Shown here piece after piece: positions 1-10,605 of a DNA stretch of 64,000 bases. The position numbers and the translations under genes were made by a program. The DNA lies in NCBI GenBank assembly GCA_963776535.1, contig CAVZNB010000019.1:19409-83408 (forward strand). The letters are read 5' to 3'. The DNA is from an uncultured Acidobacteriaceae bacterium. Lineage in GTDB: Bacteria; Acidobacteriota; Terriglobia; Terriglobales; Acidobacteriaceae. Positions within the stretch are counted from its first letter, which is position 1. Every line of letters starts with the position of its first letter. The notes below the pieces were generated by a model that worked only from the letters and a program-made list of their open reading frames with translations, was not told the origin of the DNA and did no database searches.

Positions 1-2289
1 GACCTGCTCGCCCCCAATGCGAACGCCAGCGGACAGATAACTCTGAACCTTCCGCAGGAGAACAGCTACCGGGACGATATCGTCCGCATCGACCACTACT
101 TCAGCGACAAGGTTCACTTTTACGCGCGGGGCATGAACGACATCATGCCGGTTACCGAGCCATTGGGCCTCTGGGCGGGCAACAACTACCCCAATGCGGC
201 GGCCGCGGCGGTCGACTCGCCGGGCAAGAACGTGGTGGGCAACCTGACCTGGACGATTTCGCCAAAGATCGTCAACGAGGTCGAGTTTGTCTATTCCCAG
301 GGCACCTATCACTCCAGCTTCACGGGCACGCCATTCGCCACTTCGGCGACTGCGCTGAGCGCGCTGCAGACGAACACCGAGGAGTTCAACGATCCGTACG
401 GACGCCTTCCCGCAGTCGCCATCACCGGCATCACGGGCTTCTCGGCGGGTTCCACTCCCTGGAAAGAGCGCAATCTGGACCGCAGCTACTTTGACAACCT
501 GGCTCTGAATCTGGGCCAGCATACGTTGCGCATGGGCTTCCAGATCCAGCAGATGCTGAAGAGCGAAAATGCCGTCGCCGGCGAGGCCAGCTTCAGCTTT
601 GGCACTGGTTTGACAGGCGATGTGCCTTTTGCCGACTTCCTGGTGGGCAACGTTGCTCAATATACCCAGCAGAACAAGGACACGATCCCCGACTTGCAAT
701 ACCTGAACAGCGAAGCCTACCTGCAAGACGACTGGAAGCTAAGCCGCAAAGTGACCCTCAACCTCGGGGTTCGCTGGAGCAGCCTGCCCTCGCCCGGAGA
801 CAAGGCCAACATTCTGGCTAACTTCGATCCGGCGCTGTACAGCCCGCAACTGGCACCGACGATCGCCGCGGCAAGCGGTAACTTCAACCCCGGCCAGGTG
901 GTTGGCGGCTTCGCCCTGGCACCGGCTACCTACGCCAACGGCATTATCTTCCCGCAGGGCAAGGCCTGCACCACGGCGCAGACCTACTCGGCGCAGGTGC
1001 AGTGCTCGCCTTATGGCAAGACCATCGATCCGACCTACAGCGCCAACTTTGCGCCGCGCGTCGGATTTGCCTACAACCCCGATGGACGCGGCGTGACCTC
1101 CATTCGCGGCGGCTTCGGCATCTTCTACGATCGCGTTCTGAACGGCATCTTCGAGCAGAGCGCCTTCTACGATCCGCCGGAGGTGCAGTCAGTGACTGTG
1201 AACAACACCAGCTTCGACCAACCGTTGGCCGTGGCCGGCGCCACCAACTACGGGCCCAACCTGATGTGGACGACCGGCACCCCTGCATTCAAGGTTCCGA
1301 ACTACGCCGACTACAACCTCACCATCGAGCGTCAGTTGCTGCCCAGCACGGTTGCTACCGTGGCCTACGTGGGCAGCAAGGCGCGCCACCTGATCGGCGA
1401 GTTCGACATGAACCAGCCCACGCTCGGCGCCCGTCTGGCCGCGCCTGCCAACACCGATGTCAATGCGCTGCGTCCCTTCCTGGGCTACAGCTACTTCGAC
1501 ACCAAGGGCACCATCTTTACAAGCAACTACAACGGGCTGCAGATCGCGCTGAACCATCGCTCCTCCAAGGGCCTGACAGTGGGCGCGGCGTACACCTGGT
1601 CGAAGGTTTTGACCACCAACTCCAACGACCGCGGCACGGCATCCACGGACACCTACAACATGAAGTTGGATTACGGTCCGTCCTCCTTCAATCAACCCCA
1701 GACCTTGCTGGTCAACTACGTCTACAACCTGCCCTTCTTCAAGGGGCAGAGCAACCTGGAAGGCAAGTTCCTGGGTGGGTGGGAACTCTCCGGCGTCACC
1801 TCGATGATCTCCGGCAGCTCCTTCAACGTGGTTCAGCCCTCGGATCCGTATGCCTGCCCGACACTCCCGAGTGGACTCTGCAACCCGGCGACTACGTTGC
1901 CCGGGCAGGGCCTGAGAGGCATAGGCATTGGCAACCCCGATGGCCACATCGCTGCTCGTCCCAACCAGATCTCTGCGGTTCACATGACCAAGACAGTGGC
2001 CCAGTGGTTCTCCACTTCCTCCTATGCTGTGGCCAAGGGCCAATTCGGCAATGTGGGCTCAGGTTCGCTCTTGGGTCCGGGAATGCAGAAATGGGACATG
2101 GCCCTTGCCAAGAACACCAAGATCGGCGAGCTTGTCAACATCCAACTGCGCGCCGAGGCATTCGACGTGTTCAACCATCCGAACTTCAGCAGTGTCGACT
2201 CGAACATGGGCGATGGTGCAAGCTTCGGCACAGTAAACGGCGATCACGAGCCGCGCCTCCTGCAACTCGGCGCAAAGGTCACCTTCTAG
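1..2289 (+). CDS. TonB-dependent receptor, Oar-like (5'-truncated by window edge)
   Basis: Frame is open from base 1 and the start lies upstream of the window. Oar-type barrel motifs YLQDDWKLSRKVTLNLGVRW, NFAPRVGFAY, SIRGGFGIFY and LRAEAFDVFNHPNF. Ends RLLQLGAKVTF with a C-terminal Phe (OM barrel signal). Confidence 0.93.
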   Translation, partial: DLLAPNANASGQITLNLPQENSYRDDIVRIDHYFSDKVHFYARGMNDIMPVTEPLGLWAGNNYPNAAAAAVDSPGKNVVGNLTWTISPKIVNEVEFVYSQGTYHSSFTGTPFATSATALSALQTNTEEFNDPYGRLPAVAITGITGFSAGSTPWKERNLDRSYFDNLALNLGQHTLRMGFQIQQMLKSENAVAGEASFSFGTGLTGDVPFADFLVGNVAQYTQQNKDTIPDLQYLNSEAYLQDDWKLSRKVTLNLGVRWSSLPSPGDKANILANFDPALYSPQLAPTIAAASGNFNPGQVVGGFALAPATYANGIIFPQGKACTTAQTYSAQVQCSPYGKTIDPTYSANFAPRVGFAYNPDGRGVTSIRGGFGIFYDRVLNGIFEQSAFYDPPEVQSVTVNNTSFDQPLAVAGATNYGPNLMWTTGTPAFKVPNYADYNLTIERQLLPSTVATVAYVGSKARHLIGEFDMNQPTLGARLAAPANTDVNALRPFLGYSYFDTKGTIFTSNYNGLQIALNHRSSKGLTVGAAYTWSKVLTTNSNDRGTASTDTYNMKLDYGPSSFNQPQTLLVNYVYNLPFFKGQSNLEGKFLGGWELSGVTSMISGSSFNVVQPSDPYACPTLPSGLCNPATTLPGQGLRGIGIGNPDGHIAARPNQISAVHMTKTVAQWFSTSSYAVAKGQFGNVGSGSLLGPGMQKWDMALAKNTKIGELVNIQLRAEAFDVFNHPNFSSVDSNMGDGASFGTVNGDHEPRLLQLGAKVTF

Positions 2290-2311
2290 ATCGAGTGATT
2301 CTTTCCTGACA

Positions 2312-2344
2312 GAATGCCGGAGCAAGTGCTCCGGCATTCCTTTT
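2312..2344 (+). terminator. Intrinsic terminator between convergent genes
   Basis: GAATGCCGGAGC-AAGT-GCTCCGGCATTC forms a perfect 12-bp stem followed by CTTTT, just after the TBDR stop. Confidence 0.8.
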
Positions 2345-2387
2345 GACCGGCGCCTGTTTCCTATGTCGAGGCGAGCGGGTTCTGCGC

Positions 2388-3584
2388 TTACTTGTCCGCC
2401 GGCGCAGGGGCCGCGCCCTGGGGCGGGCTATCGGAGTGCGGGACTTTAGACATCACCTTGAGCAGCGCATCGTCGGCGGTCTTGTTCAGGCTTTTGGATT
2501 TATCGAATTCGGTCTTTGCCTCGGCTGCCATGCCCATGGAACGGTAAATCCGCCCAAGCCGATAATGGGCGCTTACGTCGCCGGGTTTGAGCGCGATGGC
2601 CTTCTTCAACTCGCGCAACGCATCTTCGTTGCGGCCAGCCTCAGTGTAGACAATGCCCAAGTCGAGATGTCCCATGGAGTTGGCAGGGTTGATTTTCACC
2701 ACCTTCTCCAGGAGCGGCTGGGCCTCTTCCAACCGGTTCATTTGAATATCCGAGTCGGCCAGGTAAAGCATCGCCTGGGCATGATCGGGAAAGTTGTCGA
2801 TCTCGGCCTGAAACTGCTGCGCAGCCTCCTGGGTTTGCCCTTGCATCCACAGAAGGTAGCCGAGGCCGAAGTGAACGTTCGGCTCCTTGGGGTTGGCCTG
2901 AATGGCGGCGCGGAACTCACGCGTGGCGCCGATCCTGTCTTTCATTTCGTCCAGCGCTTCGCCGACCAGCATGTAGGATTCCGCCGACTCCGCATTGAGC
3001 GCCACCATGCGGTGAAAGGCATCGAGTACGCAAGGATACTGGCTTGAGAGCAGGCAACTGTGGGCCAAAGTTAACAGCAGTTCAAGGTTCTTGTCATCGC
3101 GGTCCGACGCAGTCTTCAGATAGGGCGCCGCGGCCGCGTATTCGCCCAGGCCGTAATGGGACATACCGATCAGTACTGTGAGTCGCTGCGTTTCATCGGC
3201 ATTCGAAGCGGCTGCTTTGAGCAGTGGTGTGAACAGTTCAATGGCTTGCTTGTATTGGCCGTCTTTGAAGTAAGCCAGGCCCATGTTCAGGCGGAGTCCG
3301 GGCATGGTTGGACTCAGCGCGAAGGCTTTGCGATAGAAGGCAATGGCCTGCGGATAATGCTCCTGACGCGCTTCAAGAAGGCCGAGGTGGGCGAAAGGCA
3401 CGGGGTCGGCGGGGTGTGCGTCCGATGAGAGCTTCCACGCTTTCTCAGCCTCGGGCATGTTTCCTTGCTGCTCAAGCACGAGCGCCAACTGGTCTGAATT
3501 GGATTGGGAGTGTGCCGCAACGGAGCAACTGACCAAGGCAAGAAACAGCGATCCAGCAAGTCTGCACCGCGATGTGTAAGTCAC
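2388..3584 (-). CDS. Secreted tetratricopeptide-repeat protein
   Basis: N-terminal signal peptide and repeated TPR motifs (AHLGLLEARQEHYPQAIAFYRKA, LNMGLAYFKDGQYKQAIELF, HYRLGRIYRSMG). Confidence 0.9.
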   Translation of the reverse strand: MTYTSRCRLAGSLFLALVSCSVAAHSQSNSDQLALVLEQQGNMPEAEKAWKLSSDAHPADPVPFAHLGLLEARQEHYPQAIAFYRKAFALSPTMPGLRLNMGLAYFKDGQYKQAIELFTPLLKAAASNADETQRLTVLIGMSHYGLGEYAAAAPYLKTASDRDDKNLELLLTLAHSCLLSSQYPCVLDAFHRMVALNAESAESYMLVGEALDEMKDRIGATREFRAAIQANPKEPNVHFGLGYLLWMQGQTQEAAQQFQAEIDNFPDHAQAMLYLADSDIQMNRLEEAQPLLEKVVKINPANSMGHLDLGIVYTEAGRNEDALRELKKAIALKPGDVSAHYRLGRIYRSMGMAAEAKTEFDKSKSLNKTADDALLKVMSKVPHSDSPPQGAAPAPADK

Positions 3585-3777
3585 ATTGGTCTCCCTCTCG
3601 ATTTTCTCGCGTGGACGGCGGTGTGCGCAACTGTTACCAAGGCGCGGCGAGTGGTGCGAATTGCAGTCGCCTTCATGCGACGCTGCTGGAATGGTAGATT
3701 GATGTTAGAGTTATGCGGCATTCCGAAGCATTCGTTGCGAATTGTTGTGAGTCCGGCGGCAAGAAGGGGATGGATCG

Positions 3778-5259
3778 ATGGGATTGAACGCACTGGATCT
3801 TATCGTCATTGTTGCCTATCTCGCCGGAGTAACTCTGTTCGGATTGCGGTTTCGCGGCAAAAACCGAACGTTGAAGGATTACTTCCTCGCCAGTAACACG
3901 ACTCCCTGGTGGGCCATTTCGCTCTCGATTGTTGCGGCGGAGACCAGCACGCTCACCATCATCAGCGTTCCGGGCTTTGCCTATGAAAAGGACTTCCGTT
4001 TTCTGCAACTGGTGATCGGCTACGTTGTGGGACGCATTGTTGTCAGCGTTGTTTTGATTCCGCAGTACTTTCAGGGACGGCTTGTGACCGCCTACGAGTT
4101 GATCGAGCGGCGCTTTGGCGGGAAGCTGCGATCGATGACAGCCGGACTGTTTCTGTTGACGCGGGCGGCGGCTGAGGGAGTTCGCGTGTTCGCGGTGGCG
4201 ATCGTGATTCGTGTTGCCCTTGGAAGCCTGCTGACGGGACTCAGCGATTTTCAGCGGGATCTCGCGGCCATCGCGATTGTAACCTTGTTGACGCTGCTCT
4301 ATACGTTTGAAGGCGGAATGGCTGCGGTGATCTGGACAGATGTGGTGCAGTTGACAATCTATCTTGCGGGAACGATTGTTGCGGCTTATTCCATTCTTCG
4401 CGTGGCGCCGGGAGGATGGGATGCGATCCATGCGATTGCGGGGCAGGCGGGGAAGTTTCGCATGTTCGATATGTCGTGGAATCTCTCTGCAACCTATACG
4501 CTATGGTCAGGCGTGATTGGCGGCGCGTTTCTGACGACGGCCAGTCACGGCACCGATCAGTTGATCGTGCAGCGGTTGCTGTCAGCGCGCAACGAGCGCC
4601 AGGCAAAGATGGCTCTGGTCTCGAGCGGCGTGGCGGTGTTCTTCCAGTTCTCTCTGTTCCTGATGCTGGGCGCAATGTTGTATGTGTTTTATAAGCTCTT
4701 TCCTCCTGCAACGGCTTTTACGCGAACGGATATGATTTTTCCCACTTATGTAGTCACTCGATTGCCGCATGGGATGGGAGGGCTGCTGATCTCAGCGATT
4801 CTGGCGGCGGCGATGTCAAACCTGAGTGCTGCTCTCAACTCTCTTTCGTCGACAACGATCGTGGATTTTTATGCGCGGGTGGTGCCGCAATCGACTGAGG
4901 AGCGGCGAGTGCAACTCTCGCGGATGGCAACGATCGGATGGGGAGCGCTGCTGTTCGGCTTGGCGCTGCTTGCACGGAATGGCGGGAAAGTACTGGAGAT
5001 GGGGCTTTCAATTGCATCGGTGGCATATGGATCGCTGCTGGGGGTGTTTCTGCTGGGCGTGCTGACCAGGGGCGCGTCAGAGCGCGGCGCAATGGTTGGA
5101 ATGTTGATCGGACTTACTTTGAACCTCTATCTCTGGCGATTTACCTCTGTGCCGTTTACCTGGTATGTCGTGCTGGGGAGCATTGTCACTTTTCTTTCTG
5201 GATACGGAGCAAGTTACATGATGCCAGAGGTACGCCGTTCAGAACCATTTCTGCAATAA
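3778..5259 (+). CDS. Sodium:solute symporter (SSS family), probably sugar/amino-sugar
   Basis: Motifs DYFLA, SIVAAETSTLT, GGMAAVIWTDVVQ, GTDQLIVQRLL and AAAMSNLSAALNSLSS; many TM helices. Confidence 0.93.
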   Translation: MGLNALDLIVIVAYLAGVTLFGLRFRGKNRTLKDYFLASNTTPWWAISLSIVAAETSTLTIISVPGFAYEKDFRFLQLVIGYVVGRIVVSVVLIPQYFQGRLVTAYELIERRFGGKLRSMTAGLFLLTRAAAEGVRVFAVAIVIRVALGSLLTGLSDFQRDLAAIAIVTLLTLLYTFEGGMAAVIWTDVVQLTIYLAGTIVAAYSILRVAPGGWDAIHAIAGQAGKFRMFDMSWNLSATYTLWSGVIGGAFLTTASHGTDQLIVQRLLSARNERQAKMALVSSGVAVFFQFSLFLMLGAMLYVFYKLFPPATAFTRTDMIFPTYVVTRLPHGMGGLLISAILAAAMSNLSAALNSLSSTTIVDFYARVVPQSTEERRVQLSRMATIGWGALLFGLALLARNGGKVLEMGLSIASVAYGSLLGVFLLGVLTRGASERGAMVGMLIGLTLNLYLWRFTSVPFTWYVVLGSIVTFLSGYGASYMMPEVRRSEPFLQ

Positions 5260-5332
5260 GAGACACAAGGCGGATCAAGATATGTGGAACGAGAGAAACT
5301 CTGCGAAACAGGTAGCGGCAACAGGCACTCAG

Positions 5333-7711
5333 ATGAAGTTATGCCGGAGGAGTTGCTTCGTCGTCATCCTGTTCCTTTTGGTTCTCGCCCAAGCTCACCC
5401 ACAGGCAGAGCAAAGCGAGAACGATGCTGCTTTCAAGACAGTGGATGCGGTTGTGGAGAGGGCGGTTGCAGAAGGAAACATTCCTGGCGCTGTGCTGGTA
5501 ATTGGGCATGACGGCAAGGTGATTCATCGCCGGGCTTTCGGTTCACGGTCGCTGGAGCCGGAGCGGGAGCCGATGACTCTGGACACAGTCTTCGACCTGG
5601 CGTCGCTGACCAAGTGCATTGCCACCGCAACCTCTGTTATGAAGTTGGTGGACGATGGACGGCTAAGGCTGGGCGATTCGGTTGCAACTTATCTGCCCGA
5701 GTTTGCGCAGAATGGGAAGAAGGACATTACGGTCAGGGACTTACTAACTCATTACTCGGGGCTGGCTCCGGATCTTGACCTAAAATCCTCGTGGTCGGGG
5801 CGCGAGGCGGCCTACCAGATGGCGATGCAACAGCGGCCGACCAATCCGCCTGGTTCGCGCTTCGTCTATAGCGATATTAACTTTGAGGTTCTTGGGTTCC
5901 TGGTGGAGAAGATTACGGGCCAGCCGCTGAATGAGTTTGCCAGCGCCAATATTTTCAAGCCATTGGGAATGAAAGACACGCGTTTCCTTCCGCCGAAGGA
6001 GTGGATGGCGCGCATTGCGCCGACGCAGTATGACGAGCAGGGGCATATGCTCCGCGGTGTTGTGCACGACCCGACGGCGCGGCGGATGGGGGGCGTGGCC
6101 GGGCATGCCGGGTTGTTTTCGACCGGTGATGATTTGGCGCTGTTCGCACAGGACTTTCTGAGCGGGTTCACAGTATTGAGCAGGCAAGCGGTAGAGAAGA
6201 TGGCTTCGCCACAGCAGCCGCCGAATGCAACGGTTCTACGCGGGCTGGGATGGGACATTGACTCGCCGTTCTCGACAAACCGCGGGGAGTTACTGCCGGT
6301 GGGTTCGTTTGGACATACGGGTTTCACAGGCACATCGTTGTGGATCGATCCAGTTACAAACACCTATATCATCCTGCTGACCAATGCGGTTCACCCGCAC
6401 GGCGGCAAGTCGACGGTGAGCCTGAGAAGCAAGGTGGCGACGGCGGTGGTGGGAGCGCTGAGGCTGACGGTGAGCGAGCAGGAGAAGCTGGGCATGGCCA
6501 GCGCCACGGGATACAACGAGGTGTTGCCTGCGGCGCGACGGATTGCCTTCCGGAATGGCGAGGTAAAGGCGGGGATCGACGTGCTGGAGGCGCATGATTT
6601 CCGCGAACTGCGCGGGAGTGTGAGCCACCCGGTGCGCGTGGGACTGGTGGCGAATCAGACTGCGATTGATGGGCGCGGAGAGCGGACAGCGGATGTGCTG
6701 GCGCATGCGCCGGGCGTGCAACTGGCGGCAATCTTCAGCCCGGAACATGGAATTGCGGGGAAGCTGGACACGACAGAGATAGGTAACTCTAAAGATGCGG
6801 CAACGGGTGCGCCGATTTATAGCGTGTATGGCGACAGTGATGCGAAGCGGCGGCCTTCAAGCGAAGTAATCGCGGGACTGGGTGTAATTGTCTTCGACAT
6901 ACAGGATGTGGGCGTGCGGTTTTACACCTATGAAAGCACGCTGGGTTACTTTCTTGAGGCAGCGGGAAAGGCGGGCAAGGAGATTGTGGTGCTGGACCGG
7001 CCTAATCCGATTGATGGAGCATTTGTGCAGGGGCCTGTTGCGGATGCGGGCAGGGAATCGTTTGTGAGTTACTGGCGCACGCCGGTGCGGCATGGGATGA
7101 CCATGGGCGAACTGGCGAGGATGTTCAACGCGGAACGCGGGATTGGCGCTAAGCTGACCGTGGTTCCGATGCAGGGATGGATGCGCGGCGACTGGTTCGA
7201 TTCGACAGGCGAGTTATGGGTGAATCCTTCGCCGAATATGCGCAGCCTTACCGAGGCGGCTTTGTATCCCGGAATTGGAATGATTGAGGGGTCGAATATC
7301 TCAGTGGGCCGCGGGACGGATACGCCATTCGAGCTGGTGGGTGCGCCGTGGGTGAGTGCGGTGGAACTGGCACGATCGCTGAATGCGCGCGAGATTGCGG
7401 GCGTGCGCTTCATTCCCGTCGACTTTACACCGGATAGCTCGACCTATGCTCATGAGAAGTGCGGAGGCGTGCAGATTGTTGTTACCGACAGGAATGTTCT
7501 GGATGCCCCGGAGCTAGGGATTGAGGTTGCGGCTGCCTTGCATTCGCTCTTCCCGGATCACTACAAACTCATTGGAGTGGATACGCTGATGGTGAACAAG
7601 GCAAGTCTGGATGCGCTCCAGGCGGGGCAGGATCCGCGGCGGATTGCGGAACAATGGCGCGATGGGTTGGATCAGTTCGAAAGCCTGCGCACGAAGTATC
7701 TGATTTATTGA
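5333..7711 (+). CDS. Beta-lactamase-family serine hydrolase fused to exo-beta-N-acetylmuramidase NamZ (DUF1343)
   Basis: Signal peptide. N-half has FDLASLTK (SxxK), YSDINF and GHTGFTG. C-half has DUF1343 motifs FSPEHG, FDIQDVGVRFYTY, LDRPNP, RHGMTMGE and PSPNM. Alternative start at 5282. Confidence 0.9.
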   Translation: MKLCRRSCFVVILFLLVLAQAHPQAEQSENDAAFKTVDAVVERAVAEGNIPGAVLVIGHDGKVIHRRAFGSRSLEPEREPMTLDTVFDLASLTKCIATATSVMKLVDDGRLRLGDSVATYLPEFAQNGKKDITVRDLLTHYSGLAPDLDLKSSWSGREAAYQMAMQQRPTNPPGSRFVYSDINFEVLGFLVEKITGQPLNEFASANIFKPLGMKDTRFLPPKEWMARIAPTQYDEQGHMLRGVVHDPTARRMGGVAGHAGLFSTGDDLALFAQDFLSGFTVLSRQAVEKMASPQQPPNATVLRGLGWDIDSPFSTNRGELLPVGSFGHTGFTGTSLWIDPVTNTYIILLTNAVHPHGGKSTVSLRSKVATAVVGALRLTVSEQEKLGMASATGYNEVLPAARRIAFRNGEVKAGIDVLEAHDFRELRGSVSHPVRVGLVANQTAIDGRGERTADVLAHAPGVQLAAIFSPEHGIAGKLDTTEIGNSKDAATGAPIYSVYGDSDAKRRPSSEVIAGLGVIVFDIQDVGVRFYTYESTLGYFLEAAGKAGKEIVVLDRPNPIDGAFVQGPVADAGRESFVSYWRTPVRHGMTMGELARMFNAERGIGAKLTVVPMQGWMRGDWFDSTGELWVNPSPNMRSLTEAALYPGIGMIEGSNISVGRGTDTPFELVGAPWVSAVELARSLNAREIAGVRFIPVDFTPDSSTYAHEKCGGVQIVVTDRNVLDAPELGIEVAAALHSLFPDHYKLIGVDTLMVNKASLDALQAGQDPRRIAEQWRDGLDQFESLRTKYLIY

Positions 7712-7724
7712 GCTATCGACTGAC

Positions 7725-9006
7725 TTAGAAGTAAGTCTGCACGATATCGATCACCTGGTAACTTGAGTTGACGATGGGCAGGGTGCGCCACTTGTCGAAG
7801 GTGAGGCAGGGGTGGGAGATATCGAAGGCGATCATGTCACCGACGCACAGATCGTCGCCGGGCTGAATCTGAAGGTAGGCGTGCTGGTCCATCATCCTGG
7901 ACACAGACCAATGGGTCGGTGCGGTTCGCGGAGTTGATCCTCCGGGCCGGAAGTGAAGCGCGGGCGTGGGGAATCCGGAGTCGAATGCGGCGTCGCGCTT
8001 GCCCATGCCGACGATGGCGCGTCCGGCTTCCGGGACGGATTGCACATAGGCCCAGACGTGCAAAGCGGGGATGAGGCCGGATTGCATGCGATGGGCAATG
8101 GGATTGTGCTGCAGGATCCTGGCCTGGGCCTGGCGGTAGGCGCCGACGTCGTGGGTGAGATAGCATCCGGGGCGGAGAAGGATTTCGACCGGAGACTCGA
8201 ACGATGCCGCAGAAAAGACTTCGGCGACAACGTCATACCACGAGGAGCCTGCGCCAGAGAGCAGGATGGGCTGGCGCCGGAAGCGAGCTTCCGCGGATAA
8301 CTTGCGGGTTACGAAAACGGCGTGTTTAAGGAAGGTGCGGATGGAGGCCTCATCGCTGAGGACACCTTCATAAATCTCGACCCCATCGAGGGCGATGGCG
8401 TGCTGCCAGTTAGTGAGGGCGGCTAACACTGCCAGTAACTGGCCGTTAGTGCGAATGCCGGTGCGGCCGCCCTCGACGCCGAGTTCGAGCAGCACATGCA
8501 GGCGCAGGCCGAGGTTGGCATAGAAGGCGCCTAACTGGTTGATTTGCTCCGCGGAATCGACGAGGCAATAAAACTCGAAATGCGGGTCGGCGATAAGACG
8601 CGCGATGGCGGCCATGTTCTGCCTGCCCACTAACTGGTTGGCCATGAGGATGCGGCGAACGCCGTGGGCAGTAAGCGACTTGTGCCTGATGCGCGGTGGC
8701 GAGGGTGATGCCCCATGCGCCTGCGTCGAGCTGCATCTGGAAGAGGAGTGGAGCCATGGTGGTTTTGCCGTGGGGCGCAAGCTTGAGGCCGTAGGCGGAA
8801 ATAAACTGGCGCATCCAGTTGAGATTGTGCTGGAGCTTCTCCTGATAAAGGACCGCGGTGGGCAGGCTGAGATCTTCGCGAAGGAGATTCCAGTCGAGAC
8901 GCGCGATGTCTGTTGCGGTGAGCGCAGAGTCGAATGCGCCCAGGCCCTTGTTGAGCGGGTCGACGAGCACCGCGGCGGAGACTGGAAGGGGTTCCTTTTG
9001 CTTCAA
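7725..9006 (-). CDS. PLP-dependent fold-III amino acid deaminase/aldolase (D-serine deaminase/DSD1-like); one frameshift near 8670
   Basis: ORFs 8446..9006 and 7725..8780 join into one protein: LAPHGKTTM (PLP Lys), ELGVEGGRTG, RPGCYLTHD, DQHAYL, SHPCLTFDKW. Extra base in TAC-T-GCC-CAC. TTG start with GGAGG SD. Confidence 0.85.
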
Positions 9007-9093
9007 TGTCTGCCTCCCGATGAGACTCTGGAATCGGTCCGGAATAAGTGTGGAACAGCGAGCAGTTATAGTCTATATTCTGAACGAGCACTT

Positions 9094-10548
9094 ATGCCGA
9101 GCTGCGACACATTGATACGCAATGCGAGGGTTGTGGACGGCAGCGGAAGCGCGGCGAAGCTTCTGGACGTGGCGATTGCGGACGGACGCATCTGCGCGAT
9201 CGGCGCGACTCTTGATTGCAATGCTGGCTCGGTTGTGGATGGCGCGGGGCTGGTGCTGGCGCCGGGCTTCATTGATGTGCATACGCACGACGACCTAGCG
9301 GTGTTGCGCGAGCCGCAGATGCTGCCCAAGCTGTCGCAGGGCGTGACGATGGTGATTGTGGGCAACTGCGGCATCAGTGCTTCACCAGTGACATTAGACG
9401 GCGGCCCTCCCGATCCCATGAACCTGCTGGGCGCGGCGGAGGATTTCAAGTACTCGACATTCGCAAAGTATGTTGCGGCAGTTGACGATGCGCGGCCGGC
9501 GGTGAATGTGGGCGCGCTGGTGGGCCACACGGCTTTGCGCAACAACCACATGGACAGGCTGGATCGCACGGCAGCGGACGCTGAGATTGCGCGCATGCGA
9601 GAGCAGTTGTGCGAGGCGCTTGAGCATGGTGCGCTTGGATTGAGCACTGGCCTTGCGTATCTCTCGGCCAACGCTGCGACGGCGCAGGAGGTGATGGCGC
9701 TGGTGCAGCCGCTGGCCGCATTTGGCGCGGTGTATGCGACGCACATGCGCACGGAGGCGGAGGCGATTCTGGACGCGATGGAAGAGGCGTTTGCGATTGG
9801 GCGCGCGAGCGATGCGCCGGTGATTGTGTCGCACCTGAAATGCGCGGGGATTGCGAACTGGGGACGGAGCGGCGAAGTGTTGCAGGCTCTGGATGCGGCG
9901 CGGCGCGAGCAACTGGTGGGGTGCGATTGCTATCCGTATGCGGCGGGGTCGAGCACGCTGGATCTGCGCCAGGTGGATGAGCGGGTCAAGATTACGATTA
10001 CGTGGAGCACGCCGCATGCGGAGGTTGCGGGAAAGCCGCTGGCTGCGATTGCCGGGGAGTGGGGCGTGACACAACTGGAAGCGGCGCGGCGGCTGCAGCC
10101 GGCAGGGGCGATTTATCACAGCATTGCGGAGGAAGATATGCGGCGGATCCTGGCGCATCCGGCAACGATGATCGGGTCGGATGGATTGCCTTGCGATCCG
10201 CGGCCGCATCCGCGGTTGTGGGGGACGTTTCCGCGCGTGCTGGGACAGTATTGCCGCGAGGAGGGTTTGATTTCGCTGCCGGAGGCAGTGCGCAAGATGA
10301 CAGGACTGCCGGCGATGCGGTTTGCGCTGGCGGAGCGCGGGCTGATCCGCGAAGGATACTGGGCGGACCTGGTGCTGTTCGATGCCGAGACGGTGCTTGA
10401 CACTTCCACTTATGAAGCTCCGGTGAGCGCGGCGCGCGGGATTGCGGGGGTGTGGGTGAATGGCGTGCACTCCTACACTACGCAGGGTGCGACGGGCGAG
10501 CGTGCGGGGCGATTTGTTGCGCGCGGCAAGAGGACATGGATTCAGTAA
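9094..10548 (+). CDS. N-acyl-D-amino-acid deacylase (D-aminoacylase, amidohydrolase family)
   Basis: LIRNARVVDGSG, PGFIDVHTHDD, GNCGIS, THMRTE, SHLK, GSDG and HPRLWGTFPR. The ORF extension to 8605 overlaps the divergent gene and is rejected. Confidence 0.92.
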   Translation: MPSCDTLIRNARVVDGSGSAAKLLDVAIADGRICAIGATLDCNAGSVVDGAGLVLAPGFIDVHTHDDLAVLREPQMLPKLSQGVTMVIVGNCGISASPVTLDGGPPDPMNLLGAAEDFKYSTFAKYVAAVDDARPAVNVGALVGHTALRNNHMDRLDRTAADAEIARMREQLCEALEHGALGLSTGLAYLSANAATAQEVMALVQPLAAFGAVYATHMRTEAEAILDAMEEAFAIGRASDAPVIVSHLKCAGIANWGRSGEVLQALDAARREQLVGCDCYPYAAGSSTLDLRQVDERVKITITWSTPHAEVAGKPLAAIAGEWGVTQLEAARRLQPAGAIYHSIAEEDMRRILAHPATMIGSDGLPCDPRPHPRLWGTFPRVLGQYCREEGLISLPEAVRKMTGLPAMRFALAERGLIREGYWADLVLFDAETVLDTSTYEAPVSAARGIAGVWVNGVHSYTTQGATGERAGRFVARGKRTWIQ

Positions 10549-10605
10549 CGCATTTTCAAGCTGGTGGATGGATAGCCTGAACGGAGCTGCGGTTTTCTCG
10601 AACCT

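Noticed and set aside
8605-9093. N-terminal extension of the D-aminoacylase
   Set aside because: Antisense overlap with the deaminase gene; family homology begins at ATG 9094.
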